Shown here one piece after another: positions 37,501 through 48,743 of a DNA stretch of 64,000 nt. The notes under the pieces were generated by a model. The model did not search any database. It saw only the letters and a list, made by a program, of their open reading frames with translations, and had not been told where the DNA came from. This stretch comes from Raillietiella orientalis (lineage: Eukaryota). The stretch is from positions 10,726,001 to 10,790,000 of the forward strand of contig JAYWIR010000001.1 in NCBI GenBank assembly GCA_036172245.1, given 5' to 3'. The position numbers and the translations under genes were made by a program. Numbering within the stretch: position 1 is the stretch's first letter; each line of letters opens with the position of its first letter.

Positions 37501-40500
37501 TCCTGGGTCTCCTTTGGCATCTCCCCGCATGCTTGAGAGGACTTTTCGATTCCTGAAGGGGAGGGAGGGGAAATGGGAGATAGCGTTCAGTCCCTCCTTT
37601 CTGAGCATCCTTGCTGCTGTTCGAGGAGACTTAAGGGAACTGCTGTGCTCTCACTATGCTTTCTTTCTTTCTCTTTGGAGAGAGACTGGAGGGTGGCTCA
37701 AGGGAAGGAGGTCCGAAAGAGAGAACCAGCATCCCAGATCCTCCCACACGCATCCCCCGGAGGTGTTCGTGAACCTTCCGGATCCTTGAGAATCTTATCC
37801 CGCACGCTCCTCCGTCTCAGCTTTCCTCCTCATGACGAATTTGCACATCGAGCTGCGAAGGTTATCTTCGAGTCAGATAAGATGTTTCCAGAAAGAAAGA
37901 CTTCCTTCCGGTTCTATTTGCATCCGATTTCGATTTTCTTACGTTTCGGCGCGTCCAAAGCCCTTTGTTTCTATTTTTTTTGTGTGTTTTCCTGCTGTAG
38001 CTACTGTTGTTTCGCCCTTCCTATCTCCCCACTCTTTCCTTTCTCCCTTACAGGCTAGCAGTAAGCAGCAAGACAGTAGAGTGACAAACCCTTCTCACCT
38101 TTTCCTCCACCTCATCCTTCGGGAAGAGCAAGGGAGATCTAGTCATGATTATCCAAACCGGCGAAGGATGCGGAGAAGTAAGAAAGAGGGGGGAATCCTG
38201 GTCGAGGGTGGGACATGCGGGTCGAGGAAAGGTGCTCCCTCCTCTTTCAGGAAGTGGGGTTTCCTTCCTCTCATCCTTGCTGCCTCCATGCAAGCGAAGG
38301 AGGAGGAGGGCATGGGGCAGGGATGTCCTCGGAGTCTCCCTTTACCCTCTCACTGGGGATTCTAGTGCGCAGAATGTTCCAGGGGAGGCTCTAGGAGACT
38401 GGGAAGAACGAACCGCCTCTGGAACTTCACTATCATACTATGGATCGGGCGCTTTTTTTTTTTCCGAGGCAGCGAGCAACTCATCCCCATCCGATTGAAT
38501 GGTCGCGTTCCATTCCTTGGCCTAACTCCCAACAATGGTCTCCCGACAGCGTGCCATCACAACCGCCGTTGCTACGAACGCGCGGTCGGGATGAGATGGA
38601 GTGGGTGACGGCTGGCCGTGTCGCGAAGCTCCCGTGATCTGATGCACCCTGCACAGCCGGGAGTTCTCTGGGAGGACGGGAACGACTCCCTCCGAAGGCA
38701 GGCCGGACGCAGAAGGGTTTCCTCGGTCTCCTTGCCCTCGTCCGCCTTCCTGTAGGATGGTGGGGGAGGTCAGATGGGAAGTTGCTCTCCTTCCTTCGAT
38801 CGACGGGCATGCGCGTCGCAGCATGGGGAGTCCCAACTCTTGCGCGGCTTCGCTTGGCTTCCTGACCCCGACCTGTCCTGACCCTGTCCTTCCTCCCGCT
38901 CCCTCTAGGGAAAAGCCTTGGATCCGGAGGTGTGGGAGAGGAGGATGCTCCCGGATCGCGCGGTTTTTTTCCTGCTCCTGCTCCTCCTGCTCCTCGGATC
39001 CTGCGAAGAAGCTCCAGGAGACGAAAATTCTGAGTGCGGAGGAACCGCGGCGGCAGTGGCCCTTCGAACTCGCTTCCTTCCCCCTACGCTTCCTGGGGCT
39101 GCTCCCCATGGCCGGAGAGGTGTGGTGGTCAGGGCTCTGACCCAAGGAGAGAGCTGTCAGGTGGCATACTGCCTTGGGGAGAGGAGAAAGAAGTCTCAGC
39201 TCTTCCTCGCACCTCCCCGCCCGCGCCCCTCACCTGGGCCGAAAGTACCTCGGGTCACTCCCGACAATGCTCCCCCCGACCACCACCGAGCAGCGAAAGG
39301 GAGCGCGTGCCCTCCGGAAACGCCAAGCGAGGCGCCACCGACAGTGCCTGGTGGTCGCTTGTTCTTGCAGCCCGGTTGGACCGCGGCGGTTCGGAAGCAA
39401 TTCCGTCCCTTCCTCTCGGAACACAAAGGCAGCCGCCTCCGGGAAGAGGGGGCAGGAGGAAACCCAGAAGGGCACGTCCATCCGGAGCTGTCTGAGGAGC
39501 GGGGGAAAAGGGCGCGCGTGCGCTTTTTCCGAAGGGCCAGCGTCCTTCCCACCCGCGCGGGACGTCGAGTGGGAAGCTGCCGACCGCTTCGCCGGCGAGG
39601 GCCCCCGCGGGACCGCAGCAGCCTCGCGGTCCGCCCCGTCGGGCGCCGGGGCACGGCGGAGAGAGAGGAGAGGCCCCCGAGCGACGGTCTTGCGAGTCCG
39701 TCCATCCGCCGGCGTCTTCCTCTTCGTCGGCTGCTTGTCGGTCGCCTAGCGCACGACCCGTGCCTCGAGAGAGAGGGAAGGGTTCGGACGATCCGCAGTT
39801 TTTCTTCGCGAATGCCCGATAAAAAGTAGTTCCGCACGAATATTGCGCGTTCACGCGGTACATATCTATTTATAGGATTCCAACGCGTTCGCGCTACGCA
39901 TCGATATTTAATATTTACGGAGTGGTTGCGATGTGACGCGCGACGCCGCGTAATTTGATGGCGGTTGCTGATGAAGATGTCCGAGACGTAATCAGCTGGG
40001 GAGGACTTGTCGACGTTGGTCTTTGCACGGCAATTACGCTCAGACGGATCACGCGAATGTTCCTCCTTTAAGGGCACCGCTGAGCGTGCCGCGGAGGGAG
40101 TCAAACTTGAAAGCGTGCCAGCGGGGAGGGGGAAGGGGGAACGGCGAAATCCCTGACCCGAACTTCTGCTCTTCTTCGCTTCCGGTACTCCTCCGCGACT
40201 GCCGCAGCCAGCTTCCCGGCAGCTCGCGCGCGTCGCGTTATCATCCTCATTGATCATTCGCCCCTTAATGATGTTTCCCGGGGCTTCCCGCGGAACGCCG
40301 CTGTCCACTGAAGGAGATCCGGGAGATCTCCCGACGGTTCTCCGCTCTTCCTCCGCCGGTCGCCCACGGCTTTCTCCCTGGCCGCCACGAAGAGGGAGGA
40401 CGAGATGGCCTCCTCTCCCATCGCCTTCGTGACCCCCCCTGCCCCTCGGCTCCTCGCCGCGCGACCGCCCTGGGTCGGCACGGTGACCCAGGGCGGTCGC

Positions 40501-41141
40501 GCGGCGACGGTGACGTCTCCCTCTGAAGGGTCGATCTCTCGGGCTGGCCGCTCGGTCCGTCCGGATGCGACCGTCGGACCCCGCGCATCCTTGAGCAGGA
40601 GGGGCGGCGTCCGGAATCCTGGGTGACCTGTGCGGCTTCTCGGCGCTCGAAGGTTTCCACGGCGACGCCTAGACGCGCATGGAGCTGCAGGCGTGAGCCT
40701 CTTTGCCGGGTGGAGGTCCGCGCGGCTGTCTCTCGGCCGTGCGTATCTCCTCGGGGAGTCTGGTGGTGGTCCTCTGGTGGATTGGGAGGCCATCAGGATT
40801 CGGCGTGATCCACCCGAGACCTGCACGGGTTCTCCCGCGTCTATCGCTTTGGTGCCGACCTGCACGTACTCCGGCGGCCGCTGAAGGCTCTCTCCTCCCG
40901 CGAGGAGGAGAATGGGGGGAAGGAAGCGAGCCTTCTGGAACGAGGAGAAAGCGGGCATCTCTCGACTTCTGCCTTTCCTCCCTTTCGCACCGGCGTTCAT
41001 GGGGACCCCCCAGCGTCCCACTGCTCTCTGCGGCCAAATACTGCTGCGTTCATCCTCTCTCAAGCGCCTTCTTCTCCGCCGCTTCCGTTCTTTTTTTTTT
41101 CTTGCCGAGAGCGAACTTTGCTCCAGCCTCTCCCAGCTCTC

Positions 41142-41521
41142 GGAAAATCCAGACGCTGTCCACCGCCTCCGTCTCGCGGAAGAGCAGCAGCATCTTCTCC
41201 CGTAGGTCGAGCATATGGACCATCCGACGAACTGATTCCTACGCGGGCCGAAATCCTGAGCGACCACCGAGGAAGCCCTCCGGCCACGGTCCTGGGCGTC
41301 TGCCCCCTCGCCGTGACTTTCGCCGGCCTCCCTCTCCGTCGATCCTCACAACTTGGGTCCATTCGTCTTCCGTTCACTGTGGGAGTGGGTCCGGAGCGTG
41401 TACAGGCCGGCGGGAGGAGCCGCAGCAGGCCAAGCGGGTGGCCAGCCATCATCTCGACCAACAAGAGAAGATGCTGCTCTTTTTCAAGAGGCGGAGGCGA
41501 TGGACCGCGTCTGGACTTTCC
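41142..41521. repeat. Imperfect inverted repeat, arms of about 77-85 bp, spacer about 210-225 bp
   Basis: Reverse complement of 41142-41218 (CCATATGCTCGACCTACGGGAGAAGATGCTGCTGCTCTTCCGCGAGACGGAGGCGGTGGACAGCGTCTGGATTTTCC) aligns to 41446-41521 (CCATCATCTCGACCAACAAGAGAAGATGCTGCTCTTTTTCAAGAGGCGGAGGCGATGGACCGCGTCTGGACTTTCC). Confidence 0.85.
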
Positions 41522-41604
41522 TCCGTCTCCTGTACCAGCCCTCTGATGGCCGCCTGCCTCCCTTTTTTCTTTCTAGTTCGCCCCGTAGGGGGAGAGGGGT
41601 CACG

Positions 41605-42091
41605 AAGCTCTTTGATGCTGCCCACGCACCCAGGAGTGCGTGTGAACTCTTCAAGTTATAGGGGGCAACCCCGTAGGGATCACCCTATGAATCCAGGAAG
41701 GCTCTGGAGGAAGGAGAAAGACCTCCGTTCCTCCCTTACTCTTCGGAGGAAAGCCCGATGGGAACCTTCGTCCTGATTAATACCCTCCCGGGGCATCAAC
41801 CAACTCCATGGTACGGTTCCATTTTCACAACCGGAGGGGCAACCCCGAAGGAAAACGGCCCTCTGACTCGTGGAAGGATCCCAGAGAGTCAGCTTCCAAC
41901 CCCGGCCACTCATCGGGGACATCCAAGGGGTTTCCGGCTCCCATCAGTGCCGCATCCGAAGTCCATGACCCAACCAGAGAAAGGGGGGGACTCGAAAACC
42001 ACGATGGCTTCGATGCTTCCCCGGGCGAGATTCGAACCCGCGACGCTCGGTTCGGCGCGCGGAGAGAACGCAGCCACACGGCCGCCAACGC
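41605..42091 (-). mobile_element. tRNA-derived SINE-like repeat with internal hairpin-module array, copy 2
   Basis: Head GCGTTGGCGGCCGTGTGG...GGGTTCGAATC (B-box). Shares the ATAGGGGG...CCCTATGAATCCAGGAAGGCT block with copies 1 and 3, and the CCGGCC..TCATCGGGG...CCAACCAG block most clearly with copy 1. Confidence 0.75.
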
Positions 42092-43276
42092 AGAGGAGGA
42101 TCACATCCATGTGAGGATTTGAGGCCGAGAAGATGTTCCGTGTTTCCAGGTCACAGGAGACAAAGCTCAGGGCCGCGATTCGAGCCCCGGACGAGGGACG
42201 TTCCGAGCGGCGCTGACGCCTCTGGGCAGTGTTTCAAAGGGCCTCCTCGAAGTCCCGTGAAAGCTCCACCTGAGTCAGCTTATATCTCCTTCTTTCCCGA
42301 CCCCTTCGTGGCTCCAGGATTTTCGGATCAAGTCACGTGGTGAAGAAGGAAACGAGTCCTCGATAGTCGCGTGGGCGGTCAGAAAAAAGGGGGCCGACGT
42401 TCCATCCTGCTTGCCGAGAGCACGCTGTCCCTCCAGCGTGCGCTCCGCAGGGCCTTCCACCCCTTCTAGGAGGCAGAGACGATGACATGGGGAGATTTGC
42501 AGGAGCGCGTTCTCCGGGAACGGGTCCATGTTTTCGCATTCCGCTACGCCCGGCGATCTTTCCGTGGAATCCCCGACGACCAGCACCCGAAAGTGGCAGC
42601 AGCCTCTACTTCGAGGGCGACTTCGCTCTGAAGCCAGTCAGTGCCATGACCCCAGTAGAACAATGTTTCTGGCGACGGTGGCTTGCAATTCTTTCCTTGT
42701 TCTCCCTAGAGCATCCCCAACCTTCCCATCTTCCCTCTGTTCTCTTCCTCTGTCTCGGATGACTCCCATCTCGAAGTCAGCCAAGGGGACCCCTTACTTT
42801 GGTGCGTTCGCTCGCTTGTCCTCCTCCTTCGCGGTATGGATCCCACCAGCACTCATACTGATGGATTCTCTTGCTTGCTTTGACCGTCTCCAGCGTAACC
42901 TCTAGAGGGGCCAATGGGATATCAGTGACCACTCTCCTACCCTCTTTTTTTACCCAGTTTTGTCGGGGCATTTCTTATTAAACAAAAAATAATAAAAGTC
43001 CACTAAAATGGTCAATAGCGATGAGACACTTGGCAGAATAAAACCGTAAATAAGTAGGGAAGGGGAGCGATCCAGCTGCTCTGTAGGCACAAGAACGCTC
43101 CTCTGAACACTCTCGCCTCTGATACCATCGTGCGAGGAAGAACTTTGCCGTCGACTCACCCTAAGGGAGGTCGGGGGGAGGGAGGAACACAAGAAAAAAA
43201 CTTTTCCCTATTCCCAGAAAATCTCAGGTGGACTTCTGCTAGGCCAGGAGCAGTGATTTTGTTGCGTCCGTTTCAG

Positions 43277-46200
43277 AACTTGCTGTTGAAGATCTGCTTC
43301 CCACTTTCGCAGAAGACATCCCGAACGTCACGGTGGCCCTAGGGAGAGATGTGATTCTTCCTTGCATCGTCGACAATTTGAGAAGTTACAAGGTTCTTCT
43401 TCTTCTTCTTCTTCTTGCATTTTCTATTACCTGACCGCGAAAACCCTCCTCGACCATTCCACCCCTCTCGACGGGACTGAACCCCTGGCACACGCGTCGA
43501 GAAACGTACTTTCATCGTGGCACGTTGACCGGTCTTGCGGCAGGCATTCATCCCGAAGGCTGCGCCGGACAGAGGGGACGTGCACATCTCCGATTGTTCC
43601 ATCAAGGGGGAACACACTCGCTTGCTTGCGAGAGGACGCTCCGCTCTCTGCAAGGTCAGGTCAGGACGCCTCCGTACCTGGAAGTCCAGAATTATGAGTT
43701 GCATGCTGTTTCGTTTCGTTGCACACGGTTTCGACGTCTTCGTCTCCAGACAGGAGTGCTTTCCAAAGCATGCCGATGCGCACCCTCATTATTTCACTTT
43801 GTTTTCTTCCCTCCTAGTCAACGTCGGCAGGTTTCTATTCAAAGAACGATAATTTCAAGCTTCCGACACAATTTATGTAATTAGCTTAGGCCTGTGAACG
43901 AAATCCAAAGTAACGGAATGCCCACAGACAAATCGAATCCCAGTCCAGCTTGTGAAGCGTCAGTGGTGCCGGATTCCAGTTGAAACCAAGCGCCTATCTG
44001 AAGGAGCAGTGGAAGGAATGAGGACATTGAGAAAAAATCTACATCAAATTGTCATCGAGGAAAATATTTCAAAATTCCCACTTGTGAAACAATCAGTGGA
44101 CGTGGTAGTGTTAGTTGTGGATCTTTACAGGTTCCATAAATCTTCGCTATTTTTGACTGAGCAAGAGGAACTTGAAACCACTCTTTCGAAGTGCTCAGAG
44201 AAAGACTTTTCATATCTTCTGAATTACCGGATCCTTTGTGCAGGACAAACCCACATGCATACAAAATGTTTATGTGTACCCTCATGATGCAAATCATGTC
44301 TAAGTTAGCTGTCAAGACTTTATACGATGGAGCAAGTTCTTGCAGAGGCAGCAGCTGGATACGAAGCCAGCTTAGCATAGATGGCTTGGCGAAACGTCAA
44401 AATATTTGCAAGGTGCATTTATCACACGCAATCTGCGAGACGCAAACTGTGAGATCTCGTCCTCGCATCCCGCACATCGGATGACCGAACTTGGAGGTAA
44501 GATCAATGACCGCGGATTCGTTTTTTTTCTTTTTTTTCTTTCAAATCTTGCGGGAGGGCACTCACCGTGCTTGCCTCAAACAAGGCACGGTGGGAACGTG
44601 GAGCACAAGTTTGAAAACTCCATCTCTTTGAAAGTTCCTTCTCATTCCCGTCTGCTTCAAGAGAAGGGAAGAGGTGCGCATAGCGCTCTCGTAAGAAGAG
44701 GTTTTCTTCTTACCTTTCTCCAAAGCTGTACTCGAGAATCATTTTCGTGTGCACTCTAAAAAACTTGAAATCCCGATCCGTTGGTTCCGTCTTGGTAACG
44801 TAGCCTGTGGTAGCTTGAAAGGGGGGGGGGGGGGAAGGCGATGCCTGGAAGCGGTCACATCGCTCCCCACGGAGGGGTGACCTTCCCGAAAGAGCTTCTG
44901 CTTGGAGCTGTCGGCTCCTATGGGCGGCGGTGACCTTCGACTGGTTTGTGGGAGGCTGGCATCTTAGGAACTTGTCAGGACTCGACTCGGCGAGCCACTG
45001 CTACGGATCGCCGGGGGTTGCCGGGGCAACCAACCGCCTGCCGAAGCATCGACCGTCGTCCGGTTCATTAGGCTCCTCACGCACCATCGCTGCAGGGGTG
45101 CGGTTTCTCGTGCGAACTGACCGCCTCCGACACCCAGACCCGAATCGAGTAGGCGAAGGATTTGCCCCGTTTTTTCCCAGCCTTCCTTTCTTCTCTCCCC
45201 TCCGTTCTCTCATCTATTTTTCTGGTGGCTGTCTGGATCCCCCTTCCGGAATGAGATCCAACGACCTCTCTCAGATAGGCTGGGTCAAGTCGGACAGCCA
45301 GACCATCGTGTCCGTGGGCAGCAAAGTAGTGAGCGAGGCCTCGAGGGTGTCCGTCCTTCATGACGACCCTCGCTCGTGGAATCTGCACATCCGGCGCGCG
45401 GGAGCGGCCGACGGAGGCTGCTACATGTGCCAGGTCAACACAGACTCCATGAGGAGCAGGGTCGGCTGCGTGGAAGTCCTGGGTGAGTCCTCCGGGAAAA
45501 GAAAAGGGGGTGGGAGAGGCAGGCCGGCCGCTCCTCACGGGAATCCTGTCCATGCTGCCGCTTTCCCTCGGGGAGAAGTGGATCTGGGTGCTTCCAGGAG
45601 AAGACTGGAGAGATGAGGCGTCCTCCCCCCAACAGACCCACCCGGGAACACACGGGGATGCCGGTCTTCCGAGAGGGGAAGACCGCAACCCATCGCCATG
45701 TGCGAGAGAAGGCCAAAAGGCGGGACGCACCCGATGAGTCCAGAGAAGCGCAGGGAAGAGAGGCATCGGGACTCCCATCCCTCCAGAGAAGAGAAAAAAA
45801 AGGAAAAGGGATTGAAAGGGGAACGTCCCTGGAGTCCCCTCGACAGAGGGAAAGAACTGCGGTTGTGGGAGAGGAGGCGGGAGATTCCTGCTCTCGGCAG
45901 ATGATGGTCCAGTTCTCTGCTACCCCGTAGGAGAAGAAAGGAAGTTGCGAGCTGCAGTCCCCGCCGCCGCATATCTCTGGGTTTTTTTGCCTCCCTGGAA
46001 CGAAGGGAGACGGGAAATTTCTTCAGCTCGGAATCGAGTGGGATATTCCGGGAAGACTGCAACGCGGGCGGAGGCAGGGATGAGGCGGGAATCGCCTCCG
46101 TTCTCTCCCCTGAATCCCCGCAGGAGGCAGCGCCGGCGAGGTGCCTCCCTCTCTGAGCCGCAAGGAGCATCTGACGGACGGCGAAGAAAACGCTGGCGCA

Positions 46201-48743
46201 GCCGCTTTCTCCTTCCCTCCGGGAGATGACGACGGCGCCAGAGGAGAGGTGGGGTGACGCGGAGGATACCTCTCGGCCCGGGAGGAAGAGGAGGTTCGCG
46301 CCCTCCTCGGGAAGGACTCAACCCCTGGCGATCACGTCCGACCCCTCCGATAAGACCATCGAGGCTGCAGAACCCTGACGACGGATGCGCGTGCGCGGCT
46401 GGGCTCGACCGAGGCGGTGGCCAACAGCGCGTGTCTCCTTCCAGTGCCTCCGGACATCCTCCTGGAGAGCAGCAGCAGGGATCTGCGCGTCCGGGAGCGA
46501 GAGGACGTCGTTCTCGTCTGCGAAGCCACGGGCAACCCCGCCCCGACCGTCGAGTGGTCTAGGGAAGATGGCCGGCCCATGAGGATCGACGAAGAGGAAG
46601 TCAGCAAGCTCCAAGGTCAGCTTCGCGCGGTCCCTTCCCTGGAGGGAGGAGCGAGCAAAGAACGCCGATCCCGGAGACCACGCCCGCAGCCCAGGGTTCT
46701 TTCTGGGGCCCCGACTCTGTTTGCTGGGAACGCCATGCCGGTGCACCTTAATCGGCGGGGTCCTCGTGGGCCGCGCGAAACCGGCCCGAGACTGTCAGGA
46801 GGCTCTCGACCTCTCTGCCACAACCACGTGGTCCCCGCCGAATGCTGCGCGCGAAGGGTTCGGGTGGGGGAGACGCCGGACGCGACTGCCCCATCCGCCC
46901 CCTTGCCTGCTCCGCCGGGAGAGTCTGCGAACTAGGCTAAGTTTCTCCGGCAGATGGCACCCCGCGGCCCTTCCGCCCGGGGAGAGACCGTCGCAGGCGC
47001 GAAAGGAGCGGGAGGAGGAAAGGAAAGAGGTCAAAGGTCTTCTCTCTGGGAACCTGGGACGCCCCTTTTCCCTTTCCACGGCCTTGCCGTGAGAGGAGGG
47101 GGAAGACAGAGAGAGCCTCCGGGCTGCCGGTGCCCCCAGTGACCTGCGCATCTTCTGCGTGCGCAACCGCCTTCCGCCCCTTCAAATATCCTCGTCCCTT
47201 TGGCAGGAAGGGTTGAGTGGGAGGGGTGGGGTTGTCCCCTTCGGCGGTTCCTCACACGGGAGAGAAAAAAAAAGAAAAAGAAACTTCCTGGAGGGATGAC
47301 CAAGGGGGAGGATACTGAATGACGACGCTGACTTCCTTCTTCATCTTGTTTTGCAGGTTCCACCCTGGTCCTCCATGATGTCTCCAGGGACCACATGGGG
47401 GTGTACCTGTGCGTGGCCTCCAATCAGGTGCCTCCGGCAGTGAGCAGGCGGATCCAGCTGGAAGTGCTGTGTATGGAGGGGGGTATGGGAAGGGCAGGGG
47501 ATGTCTCCCGTTCACCGGAGGGAGGGAGAAGGTCCCTCAAGCGCGCTCTTTCCCGGAACCTCGCCACTCTTCCTTCCTACCTGGAGCGGAGGGCCGGGAA
47601 ATCCCAAGGGGCGGGGTCGAGCCCTCTCCCCCGGTTCTGATGCCCTCGTCCAGGCATGCACCGGAGGGGAGACTTCCCGCTTGCTGCCTCCTAAGAAGAA
47701 CAAAGAGGGATAAAGGAAGGGGACAACCGCTTTCCTTCCCGGTTCCCTCCCCATCAGAGAGCGACCCAAGAAGGGGGGGAGGAGCGAAGAAGCACGGAGA
47801 AAAAAAAAACACCCTGCCTCCAACACATTTCAGTTGGCCCTCGCATCCGCGGCCCCCCGCGCGAGGAGAGGATTGCGGTCCTGGGCAGCTCCGTGGTCCT
47901 GTTGTGTGAAGGGGAGGCCTACCCGCTGCCCTTCGCGGAGCTGCGCAAGAGGGAAGCGGGAGGGGGCGCCACGGCAGTCAAGAGGTAGGGCCCGCCCGCC
48001 CTTCCATGTACCCCCTTCCCCTACGGGCCGAATCCCCTTCTCCCCTCCTTCCAGCGATCGCATCTCCGTCTCCAGAGTAGAATCCGGGCCCTACACTCTG
48101 TTTCTGGAGCTCCGCCTGGAGCGCGTCTCCCTGGATGACCTCGGCATCTACGAGTGCCACGTGGTCAACTCGGAGGGCTCTGCGGACAAGGTCATCGCCC
48201 TCGTCGGCAAGTCTCTCCCTCCTAGTGGGGTTGGTAGGGAGATTGCCCGCCTTCAACGGGGTCTGTCCGTTCCAGAGGGGCCGCCGCCGCGGGGAGGGCA
48301 CGAGGAACGCGAGGCGGCTCCACTTCCCCCGTCCGCCCTGGAGGGCGGCGCAGAAGCATCCGGAGGTGCGCCGGACAGAGAACCGGTGTCCCCAACAGCG
48401 GCGGCGCGGGAAGGTGAGTCCTCCCCCCGTGTCTTCCGACTCGAGGACTCGCCCTCCCCGATCAACATCTCAGTCTGATCGGCCATGCACCCCTCCGGGG
48501 GTGCCATCGCGCTGCCATAACACTTCCGGCGAGGCGGAGGAGGAGAGGAGGAAGGGCGCTGAACACCCCTCCCATTTTCCAGGAAAGAAGGGCCACAGCA
48601 GCAACCGCAGCTCGGAAAGTGCGCGATGCCACCAAGGCGGCAGCTACGGCTGCGGCAGCGCCGTGGATGCGGCAGCTCCCTGCGCCATCTACCGTGGTCC
48701 GTTCTGGCTGGTGGCCTTCTGGTGCGCTCTCGGGGCGAAATAA
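43277..48743 (+). CDS. DIP/lachesin-like (IgLON-type) cell-surface protein with three Ig domains and a probable GPI signal; signal-peptide exon not located
   Basis: Phase-consistent exons: 43277-43392 (PTFAEDIPNVTVALGRDVILPCIVDNLRSYK), 45275-45482 (IGWVK..WNLHI..DGGCYMCQVNT), 46445-46615 (VPPDI..LVCEATGNPAPTVEWSREDG), 47357-47470 (MGVYLCVASNQVPPAVSRRIQLEV), 47834-47984 (LLCEGEAYP), 48055-48206 (DLGIYECHVVNSEG), 48276-48413, 48583-48743 (ends PFWLVAFWCALGAK*). The orthologue cannot be named by eye. Confidence 0.9.
43394..43416. repeat. (TTC)n microsatellite starting inside the splice donor
   Basis: AAG|G followed by (TTC)7TT. Confidence 0.9.

Noticed and set aside
42020-42091. Functional tRNA genes at the three heads (28765-28833, 42020-42091, 61730-61805)
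   Set aside because: Acceptor and anticodon stems do not close, and each head continues into a shared repeat body, as expected for SINE heads.
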